Assembly: GCA_048128005.1 (NCBI GenBank)
Contig: JBEUKZ010000075.1
Coordinates: 1-64,000 of the forward strand
Reading direction: 5' to 3'
DNA: 64,000 bases
DNA from: Veleropilina oligotropha
Lineage: Eukaryota
The notes under the pieces were generated by a model. The model made no database searches, had not been told where the DNA came from, and worked only from the letters and a program-made list of their open reading frames with translations. Of this stretch, positions 58,062 to 64,000 are shown piece after piece. The translations under genes and the position numbers were made by a program. Position 1 is the stretch's first letter, and each line of letters begins with the position of its first letter.

Positions 58062-58847
58062 CAGGCCTGCACAAATTGAATTTTTGCGCAACCCGTTTAT
58101 GGGTTACGCCAAATAGTAGTTGCGTAACCCATTTTATTTGGGTAACCTTTTTTATGCGAAACTTTTTCAAATCATCAATTCCTTGTTTATTGTCCCATGA
58201 TTCTGGTAAACCAAAGCGGTCAACACAACACAACAGCCATTTTACCTCACAACATTTTGTTCAAGAATATTCTGATCATGGGCGTTACGTACGTGCATAT
58301 TTACAATGAATACCCTATATTTCCTATTTCTTTATGGCAGATGAATGATTAACTTCTGTTTAGTGACCACGTCAACAAATTTCAGCAATAAAACATTGTC
58401 CATCATCTTTGAATGGTTAGTAATGAAGATGCCAGAGACTTTTAGTTTTAACTTGGAAATATGAGTCATTTGTTTCATTAATAGTGGTGTCATTTATAAA
58501 CCTGGCACAGAGAGACGGTGTTCCAAAAACAAATGTATTTCATATTGATTCAATTACAATTAAAACAGTGATGACTGCAAAGAGGCACTCAACGAAGAAC
58601 AGTGGTAACAGGTGAACACAGAACAGAACATAAATTTACAATACCGGTGTATTTCTAACTTCTTTATATTAAACTAAAAGTATGTAAAACTTGTGGGCGA
58701 AACCTACAGACAGCGATCTTTTGCATCACATGAATACTGTCTGCAGCCATTTCAATTTGTTGCGTGAACGAATTGGGTTACGCAACATTGCATTTGCGCG
58801 AGTTTCAGGCGAACTGAGCGATCGTTCGCGCGATTTGTGCAGGCCTG
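58062..58847. mobile_element. MITE-like element with 15-bp TIRs (hAT-like ends)
   Basis: CAGGCCTGCACAAAT ... ATTTGTGCAGGCCTG; no clear TSD. Confidence 0.6.
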
Positions 58848-61800
58848 ATCATATTGTTTGAGTTGATTTATCATTGATTCAAACGTTAGGTCTGTTCTTT
58901 GTAAAGTAGCTGTCAATCAATTTCATTGTCTCTTTACAACCAATAATATTCCACTACGCTGTGTATATGTTGCTTTCAAAATCAGTACATGTATTTAAAG
59001 TGCTGCAATTTATATCAGCTATTGTAACATCTACCTCCTTCCGTCAGCCTACAGTATCAATCATGAGGTCTTTGAGGAAAATTTGTCACTATGTGATGAT
59101 CATATTGACGAAATCTGCTCGGCCGATTGGGAAAACTGGTATGGACACGTTGACAAGGTTAATCATGAAACCTGCAGGTGCATATGATCATATATATAAG
59201 AAGTTTTGATGAAATACGCTCAGCCGCTTAGTCAAAGTAGTCAGGAAAAAGTTTACATGAAATAACAGAAGTGATACCAGTACACCTGTTAACCTTGATA
59301 CGGTGTATAACTAAAGTAATCATCAGAAATTTAGATGAAATATGAAACAAATTTCTTATCAAATGAATATTTTCATAATCAAGATATATATCACTGGCAT
59401 TGTTCCAATGACCGCAAAAACCACACATGCTGTCGAACAGCGGGTTGTATGGCAAAAAATGAAATCAATGCGGATAATGTGCAGTCACTTAATAATAAGG
59501 CATGCATCGAAGTCAGCAATTCCTCTGTTAATAACATCTATGGTTCACTTTGTAAAAGTTACCGATCAATACGTAAATGTTTTGCAATCTGCACACGTCC
59601 GGCAAACAGAATCCATGGAATCACATAGAGACGGATTCAGGCATAATTGAGTTGTCGCATGCAATGGAAAACGGAACTCTCATTTCAAAGTGTTTACCAC
59701 TATTATGAACAGTGAGAAGCAAAACTGTCTACGTAGAAAAATTTTCCTTTACTAATTCAATAAAACAACTTGCATATAGAAAAATCCTCTGGTGCATTTT
59801 ATGATCAAATACACAACAATTATTTCAGTAAAAGAAGGAAGTCATCATCAGAATTATACTATACAGTTAACAATTTGGATATTTTATGGTTTTGAAAGAA
59901 ATTCAATAATAACTGGTCAATTTATGCAGGGAATATAAATGGATCAATATGCTTTGGATATATATAACTCGCTCACAGTTTTCTATTACAGTGCACAAAT
60001 TGTCATTAAAAGCCTTTCATAGATTCAAATGTTTTACAATAAATTACCGAGTTCTAGGCTGATAACAATTAGTATTGCAAAGTAGTGCGGTTTGTGTCGG
60101 TCTCTGTAATATTATAATTGGCGCGGCTTTCTGTATTCATTATGGATGTAGGCTGCCACTGTGCTATGAGAGTTGCTGTTAATGCACTCGCATGGTTGTG
60201 CTGGTATCCATTCCTAGGCAAGATAATGACACTGAAGCTACGCTGAATATTCAAGCCTTGCCTCCATCAATATTACAATACAATATTAAATGGGACAATA
60301 AACTCAAACCATCATCCACGACAGTTACACATACAGAAATAATACTTTTAATCATGAATAATGACAATCAATTTGCTAAATGTCACTGGTATATATAATT
60401 ATTACGAACATTTATTGTGCATTTCAAGATAATTTCAGTGTTTAGGATCATAATTTGTGTCGGGATCGGTAGGTATAGTCACTGCTCCTTCTTCTATATA
60501 ATACTCAGACACACATTTGGTGGTATTTATTAGTTTCAGCTCCTAATTTCAGTTTTTATAGGAGGGAGTTAATGTTGTAACCTAAAGTGTGACTCAAGAA
60601 GCATTTTTCGTTGTAATGATCGATGCTGGATTGTAATATTTCAATGCCCTCTCCCCTCCAGGGACGATGGTAATTACATATCATTCATTGCGTTATAATC
60701 AACACATTGATGCTGTGTTCTCTGTTTCATCCTCACTAGACATCCAAACGTAGGATTAATCAAATTTTAAGCCAATTGTCACAAACTTGAAATGGTAATT
60801 ACTTCATCAGTGTTCAACAATTATCCCATCAAGCACCTGTTTAAGTATTTCAGATATGAAAATAAATAAATTAACGAGTGACTAATAAAGTACATAGGCT
60901 CATTAATTAACATCATTGCTGGACTTTCTCATGATGAAACAATAACAATATGTACATAATAATAAATCATCAGTCAAAGCTCACCATATGAATGCAGCGA
61001 TCAATATTATCGGTCAATAACAGATTAAACTAGAAATGTGTCTACCGACACTGCAAATGCCCCCGGTATATGTTCAAGCCATTGATGCGACATCACTACA
61101 TCTGTTCATAAATATTATAAAAGGAAAAAAGATGATGTCGTTTTTCTATCATTCTGCTGAGCGTAAGTATACAGCGCACAAAGCATTTGCACAGGCATTC
61201 CAAAACTTGCGAAGCCTTGTTAATTAATTAAAGATGCTGATTTCGCTTCGTTACTAAATTTACATACGAAAGAAAACTACAAATGTGATAATGTGCTTAT
61301 TTATCCCCTACTCATTTGATGATTCGCAAGTTAAAATGCAGCATAAAGTATTACAATTATTAGATAATAGTTTCAATCACAGCATAATTTTAGCGTGAAC
61401 GGCTGCATTGGAAGCTATTGTATATAACGGGAAGATCCACCTCATTGTAAATTCGCATCGAGAAGATTTGAACAGAAGCCGCCGAGGTATCCCTCTAAGT
61501 TGGGGGAGAGGGAATGGGGAGGTAAAGTGGAGGGGGAGAAAAGTGGGGGCGGAGAAATGGAGGGGGAAAGTGGGGGGGGGCAAGAAATGGGGGAAGTTGG
61601 GGGTAAATTGTGTGTGTGTGTGTGTGTGGGGGGAGGACTTATATATAATATAATAGCATATGAAGTTTGAAGACGGTGGCTATTGATTAACATCGGAAAA
61701 GTTAGGTGAGTCTCTTATAACATGAGATCAAAAATGAAGCTCCAAAGACTATGTTCAAAAAAGTAAAAAATGTGGTAAAAAATCAATATTTTCATTCAAT

Positions 61801-62559
61801 ATTCGAACTCATGATAGTTCATACTTATATCTAATAGCATATTAAGTTTGAAGAAGGTCGCTCATGATTAACATAGAAAAAGATAGGTGAGTTCAATTTG
61901 TTACGTACGAACGGACGGATGGACGGACGCACCAAAAGCATAATGCCCCCTGGCTGACTCAAGTAGAGCCGGGGGCATAATAATTTGTTAAAAATTAAAT
62001 GTGACATTATTAGATACTAAACTATTAAAATGACAGTTGGAAAGAGGAAATATTGTTATGAATAAAATATGACATGGTAGGCAATGAATGATAATTACAC
62101 CTTGTAACGATCTAATATCAGTTAGAAACATAATAAATGTTCTTTTCACCCTGGACAATTGCTTTGAAGATATTCTGATTTTATTTGATGTCAGTTTGAT
62201 GAAATATTGTTATTAAATCTTCCTGCAGTGATATAAATCAATACTCTATGAATGCTGAGCCGCAATATGTTACCACATAGATGGTGAAGGCAGAGCAATG
62301 ACGTTACTTCAATATTGTTTCCTTTCAAGACCTTCCTCAGTAATCTCTAGATAATCTCTAGCTTATCTACTGCCGATGCAATTCTCTGTCTTATTTGTAT
62401 AGCTCCTTGGTCGCTTGCTATTTATCGATATATTTGCAGCATTTTCTGTCAAGATGTGGTAGATTAGACTAAAATTGCATTCAATTTCAGATACAATAGA
62501 AGATAAAAGTGTGATCGTTGACTAAAACATTGCACATTGTACAATGTCACAGGAGGGAT

Positions 62560-63620
62560 GGCCATGCCGGGGGTGACACCGATAGGCCCCCACCAGCCAG
62601 TCATGCCGGGCGGGTGACACCGAGAGGCCCCCCACCAGCCAGCCATGTCAGGGGTGACACCGAGAGGCCCCCACCAGCCAGTCATGCCGGGGTGACACCG
62701 AGAGGCCCCCACCAGCCAGCCATACCCGGGGTGACACCGAGAGGCCCCCACCAGCCAGCCATGCCGGGGGTGACACCGAGAGGCCCCCCACCAGCCAGCC
62801 AAGCCGGGGGTGACACCGATAGGCCCCCACCAGCCAGTCATACCGGGGGTGACACCGAGAGGCCCCCACCAGCCAGTCATGCCGTGGGTGACACCGAGAG
62901 GCCCCCACCAGCCAGCCATGCCGGGGGTGACACCGAGAGGCCCCCACCAGCCAGCCATGCCGGGGGTGACACCGAGACGCCCCCACCAGCCAGTCATACC
63001 GGGGGGGAACACAGAGGCCCCCCACCAGCCAGCCATGCCGGGGGTGACACCGAGAGGCCCCCACCAGACAGTCATGTCGGGGGTGACACTGCGAGGCCCC
63101 CCACCAGCCAGCCATGCCGGGGGTGACACCGAGAGGCCCCCACCAGCCAGTCATGCCGGGGGTGACACCAAGAGGCCCCCCACCAGCCAGCCATACCGGG
63201 GGTGACACCGAGAGGCCCCCCACCAGCCAGCCATACCGGGGGTGACACCGAGAGGCCCCCACCAGCCAGCCATGCCGGGGGCGACACCGAGAAGCCCCCC
63301 ACCAGCCAGCCATAGCGGGGGTGACACCAAGAGGCCCCCCACCAGCCAGCCATACCGGGGGTGACACCGAGAGGCCCCCACCAGCCAGCCATGCAGGGGG
63401 TGACACCGCGAGGCCCCCACCTGCCAGTCATGCCGGTGTGACACTGAGAGGCCCCCACCAGTCAGCCATGCAGGGATTGACACAGAGGCCCCCACCAGCC
63501 AGCCATACCGGGGGTGACACCGAGAGGCCCCCACCAGCCAGCCATGCCGGGGTGACACTGAGAGGCCCCCACCAGCCAGCCATGCCGGGGGTGACACCGA
63601 GAGGCCCCCACCAGCCAGTC
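62560..63620. repeat. GC-rich minisatellite, ~40-bp unit
   Basis: Unit ccgggggtgacaccgagaggcccccaccagccagccatg repeated roughly 25 times. Confidence 0.95.
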
Positions 63621-64000
63621 TGTGCTGCTACCAGGCACAAACAAATATATACTGTATATTTGGAATAATCGATGTTTAAAACAAACATGAGATTAATAAT
63701 TTAACAATATCAATATTAAATATAAACATTTTAAATGTGAATTTTATAAAATACATGGTAAATGCACGTTTTCATACGGTGCCAAAAATTAACATTGTAA
63801 ATTATTATATCTAAAACTTTCCTGGGACTCACATGTACAGTTATTGTAAAGATCGATTATAATTATTGATTAATATAAACTAGAGTATTACATGGTTCAT
63901 ACAGACTTGAAAAGGTCAAATTTAGGGCCTTTTTAGGGCCATATTCGGCAAAATTTAGGGCCAGTCTTAACTGCTATAATGAAATCAAATAATAACTAAC

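Noticed and set aside
62464..63688. Many long Gly/Pro/Trp-rich ORFs
   Set aside because: Translations of a stop-poor minisatellite in several frames.

Overview
AT-rich eukaryotic DNA, probably from a marine invertebrate (inferred from the repeat landscape and spliced genes). The main feature is a 15.6-kb GC-rich endogenous Polinton-like/adintovirus-like virus (23361-38985) that looks intact. It has ~200-bp terminal inverted repeats (TIRs) ending in (AGC)n and a 5-bp target-site duplication (TSD). It encodes major and minor capsid proteins, a packaging ATPase and an rve integrase. Instead of a standard pPolB it has one 1288-aa protein combining Rho_N/HeH, OTU-like protease, divergent PolB palm, SF1 helicase and HNH-like domains. 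It also carries a secreted Cys-rich (possibly cystine-knot) protein, a membrane protein with ESCRT late-domain motifs and a 57-aa histone-H1-like protein that the ORF track misses. It is inserted into a CR1-type LINE that holds several other nested LINEs. A second, unrelated, defective Maverick/Polinton (3798-11339; AGTAGT termini; CCTCAT TSD) is ~75% inverted repeat. Host content: a C1GALT1-like pseudogene (~12.9-14.6 kb) and the last three coding exons of an NPDC1-like gene (minus strand, 53.3-56.2 kb), whose last intron holds a minisatellite made of its own exon end and splice donor. The rest is decayed transposons, SINEs and satellites. All family assignments come from motifs recognised by eye; no database search was run.
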